Of a DNA stretch of 64,000 bases, positions 15,601-30,749 are shown one piece after another. How positions within the stretch are numbered: the stretch's first letter is position 1; every line of letters starts with the position of its first letter. Below the pieces are notes generated by a model that saw only the letters and a program-made list of their open reading frames with translations, had not been told where the DNA came from and ran no database searches. The stretch comes from Vicugna vicugna (taxonomy: Eukaryota): NCBI GenBank assembly GCA_013265495.1, contig MU058384.1, positions 3,643,239 to 3,707,238 of the forward strand, in the 5' to 3' direction. A program made the position numbers and the translations under genes.

Positions 15601-16470
15601 GTAGAAGAAGGCAAAGCGACAAGGAGCAGCCAGGGGTAGGTGAAGACGAGGACAGCTATTTAAATGACCATTTGGCAGGAAGACCAGGCTGCTTTAAATG
15701 GCACCACCGAGAAACTAAGCAAAGTTTCTCTACCAATCATATATGAGTTAGATTGTTCAGATAATACATGATTTTTGAATCGGCCAATACACCAAATTTG
15801 TAAATCTTTATGCAAACAGTACAAAGTGTAATTTTTAAATTTCTATAAAATGACTTTACAAAAAAAATAGACATATAAATATAAGTATCTACTTTATCTT
15901 AGAATTACTGACATAAATCAAAAGCAAACAGTAAGAAAAGAAGATCATATCAAACACATTCTTGCTATGGCTTAGTGGCAAAGAACTAAAGAGAACATCC
16001 CTAAAAAGATAGTAAATATCGAGCAAAGGTGGTTGACTATGTGCTAGACATTTTACGTGTTTCCTTATTTCACCCTCACAACAACCCCATAAATTAGACA
16101 TTCGTAGGCCCACATCACTGAAGAGAAAACTCATCACATCACCTTGAGGCCCTGAGGCCCCACAACCAGCCACTGAAGAGAGTTTCCAAATTCAATCAAG
16201 TCTAATGCCAAAGCCCTCACTCTGTCCCTTACCTCTTTGTACCACATCTCTAATCTCACCAAAAAGGAACATATTAAATCAAGTGGTCATAACTACTAAA
16301 AAGTAAACCGGGCCTGACTAATTCTTGTCCAGTGGCTGGGAAACAATGAAATTGTCTAAGGAGTACAAGCAGGAATGTAGTCTTTTCTCCTTCGAATTTA
16401 AGGTACACAGCGCCACCTACTGGGGAAAGAAAGGCCACCATTCCTTACAAATAAGGCTTCAGGTAAATCA

Positions 16471-16584
<114 letters not shown>

Positions 16585-16920
16585 CTAAAAATAAATGAAT
16601 AGATCAAGAACTTAACAGAGGTAAATTCAAATTTATGCCTTTATATATATAATATATATATATATCATATATATGTATTTATATACATTCACACACAATA
16701 TACATATATATATGTCAAGGAATTATTTAAAGTCTATTTTTATATGAAGTAAGATGGTACTTAAGGGGCCAAAATAATTAATGCTGAGCTAATTATTAGT
16801 TTAAAAGCTAAAAGATTAGAAAATTTAAAATTCTAATAAATGCTTTAGTATATTTTGAAAGAAAATTCGCTGTCTAACTGAAAAGCTACAGAAGTATGTT
16901 CTAGAAAAGAAAAAACTTCA

Positions 16921-17052
<132 letters not shown>

Positions 17053-18283
17053 CTAAAAACAGTTTAAAGCGTTATTTAGAAAGCCAGAGAGCATCAAGTT
17101 CAATATTATATTTTATCTGTTTATAACAGTGATAGTCAGTTAGAACAGCTAGTTCACTGCATTGAAACATTAAATAAATCCTATAAATCTCAACGTGATG
17201 TCTGAGCAAGGGAAAGGTCTTCTTGCCCATTCCTCCAGACTCATCCCTAGCAGCTAAGGCTCCATTCAACCTTAGAATTCCATAGAAAATTTCCAAACCA
17301 TCTTTGCTAAAACAAATTATATATATTTTTCAACCTACTGACAAATCACTGTTTGCAGTGCCCTGAAGAAATGTCAGAGCAGATTAGCAAGTTAGTAATC
17401 TAAAAAAGCTTGCGAGGTCAGTGTTTAGCAGAAGGCATTAAAATTCAATTAATAACCCTCTCTGGCCTTTCTAAGAAAAAGCTTACAGAAACGAGATGAT
17501 CCTTTCAGATCTCTTGGTAAACAGCTTTAGTTATCCAATGCTGCTCTCAGTAAACCACTTCAAATGAATTCTCTGAAAATGTATGGAAGTATTTTAAATT
17601 CTGTTATTTTATACAACAGATTTATATACAGATCACTACTGTAAGCTAAGTTCAACAAAATATGTGCAATAAGTAGTCCTGCCATGGACCTGAGTGTATG
17701 CCATTAAATGTGATCAGCCAGCAGGCTATTTTGAATCTAAAAACTATAACTACTGCATTTGTGTAGGAAGTATGAGAGTCTGGGGTTTGTTGTGGCTTCA
17801 CTGTGGGTTACCTGTTCTCCGCAGCCTAGTGTTACGTCTAGCTGCAGAGATTGAAGCCTGTTGAAGCCTGAGTTTAAAATAAAAAAATCAGTAATACTGA
17901 TTCTGTCTACTTAAAAATTATGACAGTTTGTTCATCAGAGTTTTTTTGCATTAATTTTGATTTTTTAAAAAAAATATTGCATTGAGATTATCTTGACTAC
18001 TAAGTTTGGGGGTCCGCTATAAATGATGTACCCACAGTGAGTGCTTCAGTAACCCCACCCAAGTCCCAATCCTGCCACTGCCCATATTCCTACAAAAGAG
18101 AGAAGAACAGCTGGAACACTAAAGAAATCACAATCCAGCAACAGAGAGCAGCTCATAAAGTACATAGAAGGGTCAGCAAAATCCAAAGAGCTGCTGCGGC
18201 CACCTGTCACTTATGGATGTAAAAAGACAGGTTTGGAAGCAATCAATCTTGAGACCTAAAGAGCTTGATTTTATCCTCTAGGA

Positions 18284-18480
18284 CAGGACTTAGCAAACTT
18301 CTTCTGTAAAGGGCCATGTAAATATTTTAGGTTTATGGGCCATTTGTCTCTGTCACAGCTAATAAATTCAGTCTTGTAGACCACAAAAAGTAACCACAGA
18401 GGATGCTTAATAAATAGGCATAGCTGTGTACCAATAAAACTTTATTTACAAATCAGACAGTGGGCTGGGTTTGGATCTGA
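18284..18480 (+). mobile_element. hAT-Charlie MER58A-like
   Basis: agcaaacttcttctgtaaagggcc...ccaataaaactttatttaca signature. Confidence 0.7.
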
Positions 18481-21400
18481 CCCACAAGTAGTAATGGGCC
18501 AGTGAGTTGATGTGAACAGTCCAAAATAACCACAATAGGAAATCTTTACTGTGTTGAGCACCTACTGTATGCTAGCTATTGTCATAATTAGTTTAGCTCA
18601 TTTAATCTTCATTTCTATGAAGTAGATACTGTGCCAAGGCCCAAACTGGTTAAGTAATTTGTCCAAATTCCCAAAGCTAGTAAGTTGCAGAGCTGAAATC
18701 TGAACCAGGGCAGCCTAATCACAGAGTTCACCCTTAATCACTCTGCTAGGCTATCTCTACAACATGCTGTGTGAAGGCACTTTTGAAATGGACATTTTCA
18801 GTGATCTTGGGCTTCGATATTAAGGGAATAAAACCCTGCCCGTGTTGCTACTGCCCTTCACTGGCGCACTATGTGGGCCAATTCCATTTTCTTTCTATGA
18901 ATTATCCATATGCAAGAACTTAAAGCCTCTACCCACTTGCTGAACTCCCGCTCATCAGTCAAGACTCGGTCCATTTACATCCTTTATGGAATAAGCTCCT
19001 GCCAAACCCCTCAAACATCGAGGAGTTAGATGCTTCCTTCTGTGCATTGGACAGTATCTTCACCTACTTCTAGTTCAGCATTTACCAAATTTTACTAAAT
19101 TTAATGTTAAATAACTGCCATCCCTGCTAGAGCTTGGAAGATCATCATAAACAAAACCGTCTTGTTTATGCTCAATGCAACAGAAAGGGCACTCAATAAA
19201 TGTGAGTTAAAGTGATTTAACCAACCAAATTTATCGTCACAACCTGCACTGCTGCCAAGTAGTTATAAAGAGCTGCTGCTTTCATTTTAGAGGATAACTG
19301 AACAAATGCAGCTAAAAACTAACAGCATCAGCTCAGATTCCTCTGCCTCTGTACATTTCCAACGGGACGCAGGTCTTGAAACCTGACAACTTCTCATCTT
19401 TTAAAACTGCAAGAGCCCTAATGAAAACAAAAGACAGGAGGTAAGAAAACTGTGCTGATGACCATGCTGCTGCCAGCTGTCCTATCTGCCACACAACATT
19501 AGTGGTGTTACTGGGAAGCATTAGGACAAAAACTAAGCATAGGACACACATGGTGAGGTTAAAAGTGGGATAATAAAGGCGACTCAGTAAATAATTTATT
19601 TTCGTTTTAACGTGTTTAAAATACTAGGACATGGGAAAGTAACTAATAGTATAAGCCAGGATATTGTGTTTAAAACAGAGAAAAAAAAACTGTAGACCAT
19701 AAGTACAAAAGCATAGTAGGATGGAAAACTCCGCTTGATGCCCAGAAGAGAAGGATCCTAGCAGGGCCTTGAGGGCTGGCTAAAATGTCAACAGCAGAAA
19801 GCAGAGGTGTAAACAGTGACCAGAAGTTCCCCCAAAGACACAAACGGGGACATAAAGCACCCTAGGAATTCGGACTAGTGAATGCTGCAAGATAACACCA
19901 AGGTTTTGTGCCCGGGGACTGTCAGTGATGGTGGCATGAACAAAACTGGAAGACTGGAGGAAGGGAGATAATGTGTAATTTTAGACACAGTGAGTTTGAG
20001 GTGACAGCCTGATAGTCAAGTGGAAATGTCTAGTAAGAACAGGGTTTGGGCATTAACCTCAAGCCCTGAAAAAAGTTTATAGACAGATGTTTGGGAGACA
20101 GCCAAAAAGGGATGACTGGATTCCATAATCCCAACTTCAAGTCAACTCACTAATCTACTCAATAAATATATATTAAGCACCTACTATGAACAAGGCATGG
20201 GGAGGGAGGGTATAATGTTAGACAAGGCAGATAAAGTCCTAGCCTTCAGGGATTACATACTCCAGCAAGGGAAGATAGGCTGTAACTAAATAAATACATA
20301 ATTTCTGGTTGTAATTCTTTAAAAAAAAAACTACAAAGAAAAATAAAACAAAGACTAGAAAACAATAAAGTGGTCCGGGAAGAACAGAGACCTGAGTGCA
20401 GTAAAAGAGACAACCCCGCAGATCTGAGAGGAAAGGGACAAGCAAAGAAGGACCCTGCAGCAAGAAACAAGCCTGTGATGTTGGAGGAACAGCAAGGTCA
20501 GTTAGGAGGAACAAGGCCACAAAGGACTGCAATTATGAGTTTGTATATAATTTCTTGAAGAGGCTAACTATCAGCCCTAAACTACCACCTAGATTATAGC
20601 ATCTTTCTAGTTGCTCTCCTCATCCACTCTTGCTCACCTCCAACCCATTATTCAGAATGGATAAAAAATAACCTTGATAAAAACACAAATTGATGCCACT
20701 CTCCTGTAGAAAGCCCTTCAGTGGTTCATACCACGCGGCTCCTACAACTTACCATCTTCACTCAATACTGAGATTTGGCCATGCTGTTGCTTATTACCCA
20801 AAGGTCAAAATCATGCAAAATTACGCATGACTCAGGAGTGCACAGATACGCATAAAACTAAAAGGAAAAACAAAGAAAATATAAATAGAAAATTCAGGAT
20901 AATGGTTGCTCCTGAGAAGAAGGAAAAAAGGAGGAAGAAGGATAAAAATCAGAAAAAAGGAGACAGAGGAAGGACAGAATCAGTAACCAGGGGCTCCAAG
21001 GGTCCAGCTAATGTTTTATTTCTTAGGCTAGATGATGAATATGTAAGTGTTCATTATCTACTTTTAATGTCATATATATTTTATATGCAGGAAATATTTC
21101 ATAGTAGATTTTTTTAATCTTCAATTTCTTTCCACTGATCTGAGCACAACAGTCAAAATGCTAACTGCCCCAAGCACACAGGCTCGGTCCTTCCCCCTCA
21201 ACCAAGCACTTTCTTTTGCCTCAAACCCTGTGCTCTGACCTCTCCACCAGAATAGTTAATTCCACTGTCCCTTCAGGCTCAAGGATGCCCTCCCAGTCCA
21301 GTCCCCAGACAGGATCCTCCCCTCTCCTTGCACTCTGTACAATCCCAGCACTTAACCACATTCTAAGTTAGCCAACCAATGGCTTAAGCCTCTCTCCCCA

Positions 21401-22029
21401 AGAGAGGGCCAGGACCCTGCCTGACTTGTTCATCTTCTCTGCTCAGTCCCCTGCAGACAGCAGAGCTAATCAAAGTTTTTGGAATGAATGAAGGGAAACA
21501 AATCTGAATGGAAAGCACAACTCACATTACCCTACTCTTCCATCTCTTCTCCATTCCCCACTTCTCCCTTCGCTCCCACTCAAATAGAGGGCATGGCAAG
21601 CAGTTAAATTAAATATAAAAAGAAGAGAGCCGTGCAGCTATGCTTTAAAAGCAGGGTCCTCTAAAGGCCTGTCTTATGAAATGACTCTTGGCAGTGGTGA
21701 AGAAAATTAATTGGGAAACTGCAAAAAGGAAAAAAAAAAACACTGAACAATATTTTGTGCTGCCTAATGAAACCTGAACCTCATCAAAACCACAGTGTGA
21801 GAGGACAAATTTTATTACTGGATCCAATTCCCAAAGAGCTCATTTTTAATCTATTGTACAGTACTGCCCTTTCTAAGTTGGTCTATTTAATTAAAAATCA
21901 TCAAATAAAAACTATGTCCAGAATGTTCATACTTATCTATATCAATACAAAGGAAAGGGACACTGACTTTAATTACTGAGCAATTAGAAAGGGGTATGTA
22001 TTTCTTTTAACGTGAAACTTAAATTAAAA

Positions 22030-23990
22030 TTTTTTTCACTATAGATATTTTTAAATGCATATAAGAGTAGAGAGACTAGCATAATAAATTCCCAGGTATC
22101 CATCACATACTTTCCATAATTATCAATATTTTGCTGATCTTGTTTCATCTGTTCCATTACTGACTGAATGAATGACTGGAGTATTTTTATGGTAGACTAT
22201 TTCACTCACAACTACTGCAGGAGATACAGATTTTTTTTTTCTTACAAGGTCATTTTCAAACCTTAGATTAACAATTGTTCCTTAATATCACCTAATATTC
22301 AGTTCATATTAATATTTCCCTGACTGTCTCAAAAACATCTTTTTACAGTTAATCTAAATCAGGATCCAAACAAAATCCATATTTTATTCTTTACTTAGCT
22401 ATTACATCTCTTAAGTCTTTTCTAATCTAGGAAAGTCCCCCTCCATACCTTAATTTTCCTGCCTCATTTTCCACCAATGACATTTATTTGTTGAAGAAAC
22501 AAAGTTATAATTTGGTCCTTTGAAATGTTCTATATTCCTATTTGGGCTAATTATTTCCTTTTTCCTACCCTTCCTATTTTCTTTAAATTGGAAATTAGAT
22601 CTAGGGACTTGATTCAAATCAGTTCAATCTTTTTTTAAACTTCCTATTGTGTATAATTTCTGGTTGATCTGCTTTTAGTGGTCCTAAGATTGTACAGAAG
22701 ACATATCAATCTTCAATTAATGGTTTTAACATCTGTGGATAACTCTTGTCTACAGTCATTATTTCATTAGGGGCAAACTAAATGGTGATTTTCTAATTTT
22801 GTCATTTCTTCTGCATTTCTTAGGTAGAATTCTATTATAAGAAGTTTTGCACATCAACCATTAGATTATTCCACAGTTGAAATTCATATAGGAAATGCAG
22901 GATAAATGCCTGACTCTACCTTTATTTATCAATTTTCAGCATGAGTTGGTAATCCTAGTAATCTTCAATGGTGACCAGTTTTTTTTTAATCATTACAATT
23001 CCACATAATGAGTTAAAATATACATATAAATGTGTGTCTCTGTGTATGTGTTTATAGTGTCTCAGTACATTGTTATCATTCTTTTTAATGTTCAGATTGC
23101 CCCATTATTAGCCAAGGAGAACCTCTTCAGGTTGTCCGTTCAAAACATTTGACATAAACCCAGTGGTCTGTCATAACTTTCAAGGTTTCTGACGCAGGAA
23201 GATGTCTAGGATTCATCTTGTATATTTCCTGCCCAGTCCTGGAATCAACTATTTTCCCAGAGATCCCTGTTCCTTTTAGTGGGAAATGGCATTTAGAAAC
23301 CATAATCTGGACACTAGGGATAGTCTCTATCATTGAGCTGTTGTTCCTTCTACGTCTTTAGAGTCCAAAGAACTAGGAAAAATGTCATTTTTTAAGACAG
23401 AGAAAAATAAACCACAAGTTTATATAGATATATTCCATTCAATTTTAAGATTTAATGCTTCTACTAAATTTCTTTATTCTCATGTCATTTTTTTCTTACA
23501 CTAAAACTTTTGGTTTCCAATGATGTAATTACTGATGTGCTCTACTCTATAATATGCATATGAGAGTTTCAAAATAATAATACTGATTTTTCTGAATGCA
23601 GATTTTTTGCCATTCTTTTTGTTTCTCAGTCATATCACATTAAGGATGTACAATCACAATACTTTTCTTTTAAAGTCACTTGAAATAATTATTTTCAATA
23701 TTTGGATATGGCACCAATTTGATATACCACTATAATTTGTTTTTGTTTGCTTTCAATGTTTTGCTTTTTTCTTTTCTATTCAAATTGTGATTTTTAGTTC
23801 TGTAAAATATTTCAATTGTTCCAATCTCAAAACTGTAACACAAATTATATTTGTAAAGATCTTGTTTCTATCTCTGTCCCTTATTCCCTGCTTTCCTCCC
23901 TAATCTCTTTAGAGGCAATCATTTTTATTAGGTTTTGAGTTATCTTTCATTCTTTCCTTTTGAAATATATAAATACATTATGTAAATACA
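22030..23990 (-). mobile_element. Old L1 (L1MC-like) 3' region, degenerate
   Basis: T-rich antisense L1 3'UTR-like sequence (e.g. ttccttttagtgggaaatggcatttagaaacc); boundaries approximate. Confidence 0.6.
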
Positions 23991-24406
23991 TCTAAATATA
24001 TATATATGTGCTTGTATTCCTCCCTGCCTTGAAAAAATGTAAATTCTACATATATTTATATCTACATAAATAGCTCTGCTAATAATTCCACTTATAAGAC
24101 CTACACTAAGTATATGAAAGAAAGACTACAGATGTAGTAGCAGTAGTCATGCATGAAAGTCATTCTCTACCTGAATATATTCCATTACTGGTTCCATCTA
24201 TTAAAAACTATCATTTTTTCTTCTTTAAAAAAAAGTTTTTAAAGCTCTGAGGTTAAACGAATTTGAGCAACCACTTTGCAAGGTAAATCAAATCATTCCT
24301 TTCATTAAATGTTTTAAGTCTACATTTTAAACCTGCACACCCCCCTCAAACAGCAGATAATATGCACATCAAAGTCTTTAGAATCAACATGCCTGTTAAG
24401 TTAAAG

Positions 24407-24562
24407 CAGTGGCTTCCAAACACTGCTGCACATTGGAATCCTCTGAGACTCTTCACATAATACTGATGCCTGGCTGCAACCCCTAAATGTTGTGAACTGG
24501 GCATAAAGATTTTTATAAGCTCCCTAGATGATTCTAATATGTAGCAAATTTGGGAACCACTG
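24407..24562. mobile_element. hAT-Charlie MER5A-like MITE
   Basis: Terminal inverted repeats cagtggcttcc / ggaaccactg; near 8-bp TSD agttaaag / agttaaga. Confidence 0.8.
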
Positions 24563-25554
24563 AGTTAAGAAAAGCAATTGTCCACTTTTTTTTCATTTTA
24601 AATACTAGAAGTTCAAATATCTAAATTATGGTCCAGCCCTGCCTAACATCTGACAAAGCAGACTAAGAGGAAAATGGGTAATACTTATCCATCCGTGTCT
24701 GTTCTGCTGTCTGCCCACAATGTGTGGCCCAAAATGTACACAGTCAATCAGTCTCCTGTAGGTTCAAAGCATAAAGTCCAACTCCCAGCCAGACATTCTA
24801 GGCCCATCAGAATATGTCCCACCTTTCCCGCCTCATCTCCCACCATCCATCACACACTCTATGCTCCAGTCCCACCAAAGGACTGTGGTGGCCTGCAGAC
24901 ATCATTCTCTTTCACAGATCTGCACCTCTGCAGACGCTCTTCTCCATCAGAAATGCTCTTCTCAATCAGAATCGCCCTTTTCCCTTTGGGCTGCCTGGCT
25001 AACTCCTGCTAATTGCCTAAGCCTCAGCTCAAATAGCACTTCTTTTGTGATAGTCCTTGTTTCCCTTCTCTGTGTACCTTCTACACACCTCTTTTCAACA
25101 TTCACCACATTGTATTAAACGGTTTGTCCCAGATCTACTACCAGACATCAGCACCTGAGTTTTATTCATATTTGCATCTTCAGCGACTAGCACATGCCTG
25201 CATACCATGCACCAGTATAGCCAGGTCTAGCTCTTTTAATACAAGTTCAAACTTTAAAATACAAAACCAAATGAAACCAAACAAAACTGGATGCTTTGAA
25301 ACAGGATTGAAAAATCAATGAGAGATATTACAACCAATTGATAGTAAAACACAAAAAAAGGGAAAATTGATTCAACTGACAGGTAACTAGAAACTATTTT
25401 TCTCTACAATCACAATTTTAGGGGGGAAATTTTAAACTGCTATTTTAAATTATAATAGTATTACTGCAGTAACCTATTCCAGAATGAATGGCTGAGCATG
25501 ATTCAATATGTGAAAGGAAATATATCAAGTTCAATTGTGTCTTGCTTTTGTTAA

Positions 25555-25645
25555 AAAAAGAAGAAAGAAGGGAAAGGGAAGGGAGGAAAAGGAAGTAAGG
25601 AGGAAGGAAAGAGAGGAGGGAAGGAAGGAGGCAGAAAGAAAAAGA
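25555..25645. repeat. Purine-rich (GGAA/GAAA)n low-complexity tract
   Basis: Degenerate GA-rich run. Confidence 0.85.
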
Positions 25646-28600
25646 ATCCCTTTGGCTGACAAATCTGCAACAAATTTTCAACAAATTGATAAGCCTTACT
25701 ATTTTTTAAAATTTTAACTAATTTTTAAAAATTGTAACCAGCACACTGAGAATCAGATATTGAAATGAATATTAAATTGAGCTTGCCATCTTTAAAGTCA
25801 CTTTTAACTCAACAGCACGCTCAATGCTGTAAGCCATGGAGGACAGAAACAAACCTCTCCATTCACTCTCTCTTTTTTCTTCTTCTACCTGAATCATCTT
25901 AAAATTTCCTCTTCTTCCATTACTATCACGTGTTCAGAGGCAGGCTAAGCTAAAGGCATTCTGCGGGGCTCAAAAGACATGACTGCCTTTGCAGTTAAAC
26001 AATACAGAGAAGAATCCGATTTCTGCTGTGATGCTAAGGTGAGAAAGCATGCAAAGGGAAAATGTCCATGCTTCCCTTTTTTTTTTCATTTCACCAAGAC
26101 CTTCATTCCTTAAAGCCTATAATATATCTAGATCCTGGATTTATCCTTTCTGATTCAGTAACTCCTTATCTGACTATCTGAAAACTGTGGAATATAATTT
26201 ATTCAACACTGTTTGTTGAATATTCAACAAATATTTATCAGCTCCCCAAAACTCTAGTTTGACCTTAAATCAATCCTTTTAAGTGTTTCTGAGTATTTGG
26301 TATAAGAGACAAACTTTGAATAAATGTTATATTTCTCTTTAATGAAAAATGCCAAATATTTTGTGTTATAATACTGAGCTTTAGGTTGATCACCAGAAAT
26401 TTTCTCTCCACAATCTCACGGAGGATGACCTTTCTGAGAGTCCTACAGTTCTCTATTCATCATCCTGCTTGGTGTAGTTTGATTTTTACTAACAATCACA
26501 AGAAAGACAAAAAGTAATGTTGTGGCACATAGTGATGGGTGACTCCCCAACCATCAATCTCCTTTCTCTTTGCTCAGATCCCAGTCTTGTCCTTCAAGGA
26601 AAGCTCAGTCCCTTCATCATCCCAGGGGTGAATCTCACGTAGGTGAAAGCAGGAGTGGTGGCTTGCTTCCCTCATAAGTGACAGAGGTAAGACTGGCACA
26701 TGATGCTCTTCTAGCCACTGAGAAGAAAAATGTCTGCTGAAAAGGTGGGGCTTTAGGGAAGCTTTTCTCAGTCTTACAAGTAGTCCCAAGACAGGAACAT
26801 TCATCTTTTTTGCTCTATGACCTCAAAGGGGGATGAGATAACTGGAATTACACAGATTGTAAGAAAAAAAGAGACCCCCTGAGGAGAGTAGATGGAAAGA
26901 CAAGAGAAACCTGGCTATTTGATGGCGTGTCAAGCCTAAATTAACCAAGCCTGGACCCATTCCACCTCCATATGCTTGGTTACATGAAATAATAAACTCC
27001 CATCATTGGGAGTTGGGTTTCTCTTACACTAACAGCCAAGGCATCTAACTGATACAAACACGAATCAAAAATTCTATTTGAAAAGAAAAATGAGGAAAGA
27101 CAACCTAGAATAATGGTCCAAAAATATAAACAATACATTTAAATAAATTTAAAACATGTCTTCAGTTCAAAACTCCAGTTACAGAGTTATAGAATGATGA
27201 AACTACTGGTTTAACAGTAGTCCAAATAACAAAGATTGAGGTACTTTACTAGTGGACCAAAAGCAACCCAATACCACAACTTGGCTGAGGAAAATGTATG
27301 TTAGGTAATCTTACCAGAACTAGATGCTCAAGATCATGGTAGCAAAGTCGTATAAAGCTCAGCACTAATAATCACATTTCTGGAATAAATGAGGCATACA
27401 ATACTAAAAGCAACATTGAAAAACAGGAGATTACCAAAAGGAGTTTACCAAGAGGGTGAAAAATATAGAGACCGTGTAATCTGAGGACAGGTCAAAGGAA
27501 TTACAAATGCACAGCCTGGAAGAGGGAAGACTTAGAGGAAGCATGGTGGCCATTTTCATGGGTTCTCTTGGAAAAGGGGGACTGGACTTAGTCTCAGACA
27601 TATCAGAGAAAGACAGTCAAAGCAGTAGTTGGTTGAGAGTGAAGGCAGATTTGGGCTTAAGAGAGCAACTGTCTAAGTAATAAAGCAATCAAAAAAACCC
27701 CAAATAAGTTATCACATGAGATAGTGAAATTCACTTTCACTAAGATGAAATAAAGACTGAGTGGCCATCACAAGGAACGTTCTAGAACAGTATTTTCCAC
27801 AGTAGAAGCAGACACACATCACTGGCTGTACAAGAGATGACTTTAACTGGTACATAAATTTTATTTTATTCATTATATGTTTATTTTAACAAATATTAAA
27901 AGCTATAAATGTACATACTAACTTAGCCATCAATTCCATGGCTTCATGAGTATACGCTGTTTTATGGTAAGTGAAATAACAGTGTAAAGTTCATCTGAAG
28001 AAAAACATTAAATCAATATATCCCATTTAACACTACTAGATATATTATTTTATGATCCATTAGTTACAGTCCTGGAATTTATATAGATAGACAACACAAG
28101 GCATCAAAGATTTAAGAAAAAGGAAAAAAACTTTTGAGAAGGAAAATACTTTTTAAAAAAAAACAAAAACATTAAGTTAATTATAGTTTAAGTGGTATAA
28201 GAAAATGGCAAAAATCATGATACCACAAAAATGTCTGAATTTTGGACATGCTGCTTTGGGAGATTCTTGCATTCACCATCCTGAAACTAAAGTTCCTCCT
28301 TTACCAAAATTGTCTTAGTATTCAGTGGTTCTATGAAAACATGTTCATTTATAACAACATTTATTCAAAGAGCCTCTGTCACAATAGAATGAAGGACCTA
28401 AAATTTTCCATTATTTCAATCACAGTCTTAGAAATACTGATTTCTAATAGCTATAGCTATGAAATGATGTCTGGAATCCTCACATAACTAGTCCTTTATC
28501 CCAAAAGGTGAATACTCTTACATCTAATAAGCATTCACTGCAGGTCATCTCTGGGCCAGGCCCTGTGATAGACACAAATTTTAAAGTAAATTTGCAAGTT

Positions 28601-29209
28601 TTCATTTCAAGGCTCTGTTGCTACCTTGAGAAAAATGTTTAAACATTTAAGGTAAAACACCAAAAGACAATGTCTTTACCAACATGTTCGTTAAAAGTTT
28701 GTAAGTATTTTAAGATGACTGAAGGCCAAACTATCTCCCACGCTACTCACATGTGAAAAAGACTTAGTTTTTAAATTTCTTTGGTAAGCTCCGCCCTATA
28801 TTCAGTATTTGTGCTCTTGCTTCAATATATTCTGAAAATCCTTAGGAATCTCAGTGAAGCCTTAAAGGCAACCTTATGATGTCTTTGTGAGAAGTCTCCC
28901 TGCCTCTATTAAAGCAGTGTCCCCAGGCATGTCCTCACAGCACAAAGAAAGCCATGGGCCTCTCTGGAGGAAATGGTACCACAGTATACTTCCTACTGGA
29001 GGCGTTTTTTACTGACTCATGAGAAGCCTGACCTTTTCTTCTTTACCAGCCCCTTAGGCTAAGAGGTACTTTATGTTTGAATAATCAAATAACAACTGAC
29101 AGCTAACATGTACAAGAAACACTAAAGCTTAAACTTCTTGTCCCCTGAAGACATCCCCCATGCTTCCACTCCCATCTGGATTTCATCCAAAGAAAAAGCA
29201 ATCAGCCTA

Positions 29210-29443
<234 letters not shown>

Positions 29444-29761
29444 TCAATGAATAAAACTAAAAACTACACTAAGAAGACAGCAAAGACAGGAACACAAAAC
29501 AGTACACTAACTAGTTCACTTTTTTTATGTTTAAGTTCTATCATTTTTAAGTGAACACTAAGAGACAAGAGCTTTAGAAAAAAAGTAACACAGACACAAC
29601 TTAATGGCAAAAAAAAAGTTCTATCCTATGCAAACGATGAAGGTTCTTTTATACTGCAAATTAAAACATCTTATTGATCAAAAAGATTAAAAACCTAATT
29701 CTATTAAGGCCTTAAACACAACAGAGAATACACATAAGTTTGATAATTAGAGCCATCTTAC

Positions 29762-29819
29762 CTTCTGAAAAGCCTAAGCCCAGTTTCATTTTGATCCAGT
29801 ATTAGCAGGGTTCCACAGC
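29762..29819 (-). CDS. PEX7: PEX7 exon 2
   Basis: 58 nt, (G)CGTLLILDQNETGLRLFR(S); acceptor tttctccttAG, donor GTAAG; phase matches exons 1 and 3. Confidence 0.95.
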
Positions 29820-30749
29820 CTAAGGAGAAAAGAAGCTGAGGTCATGCTGCTGAATCCGCTGGGGGACCATGTAAAGTCAAAGAGGTATCAGGCACTGAGT
29901 ATCTTAATTTTACAACCACAATTTCTCCCTGAAGTTACTTAAAACCATGTATACAAACTGATCAAGGTTGTGCTCTCCATTTCTGTCTCTCCATATTGTT
30001 CTTCGATAATTAAATATTAAACTTACCATCTCACCTATGCTTGGAACCCAGACACAGCTTAAACAGGGAAGAGATATTTAAGTGCATACTGTGTGGCCAC
30101 ACAGGGTACCAGGCACACAAACCTCCCAAAGAGGTGTTATCATCCCTATTTACAGGTGAGAAACCGTGGGCTTACAGACTCCGGGAATTTCATGCTCCTT
30201 AAAGTGTTGAACACAATTCCTCCAAAGAGGAATAATTTTGCTAAAGAATCGGCATATTTTGAAAGTTTAATTTGTAATAGGGTTGAAGGGGAAAAAAATA
30301 ACTTCAATTAAACATGACTGACTTAAAAAAAATACCACCTCCATTTAAGGAGTTGTTTGCTTTGTTTTGTTTTTAAGGATTTTATTTAAAGCATCACTAC
30401 AAACTCATATGAGTCTTCAGCCTAAATGGTGGGCAAGTATTCTAAATCTGAACATGTAGCCACTGAAAGCTAATGCTGAAAATGTAATGCAAATATTTCT
30501 CTCCTTTTCAGTTTTAGAAATCACTAAATCACCGTAGAATCCAACAAAAAATACTATCGAGAGCTTCAGTGTGTATACAACAGCTAGTAGATGAATTAAA
30601 AGAAAGCCCCAAATCAAGACTGGAACCCCTCCTTTCAACCTAGTCCAGAGTCAGAGACAATGAGTTTGAACCCCTAACTGCCTGCAAATGCATGTATTTC
30701 TCGGGAGACAACAAAAAGTAAAGGCAGAACTTGATCAATTTCGTGTGGC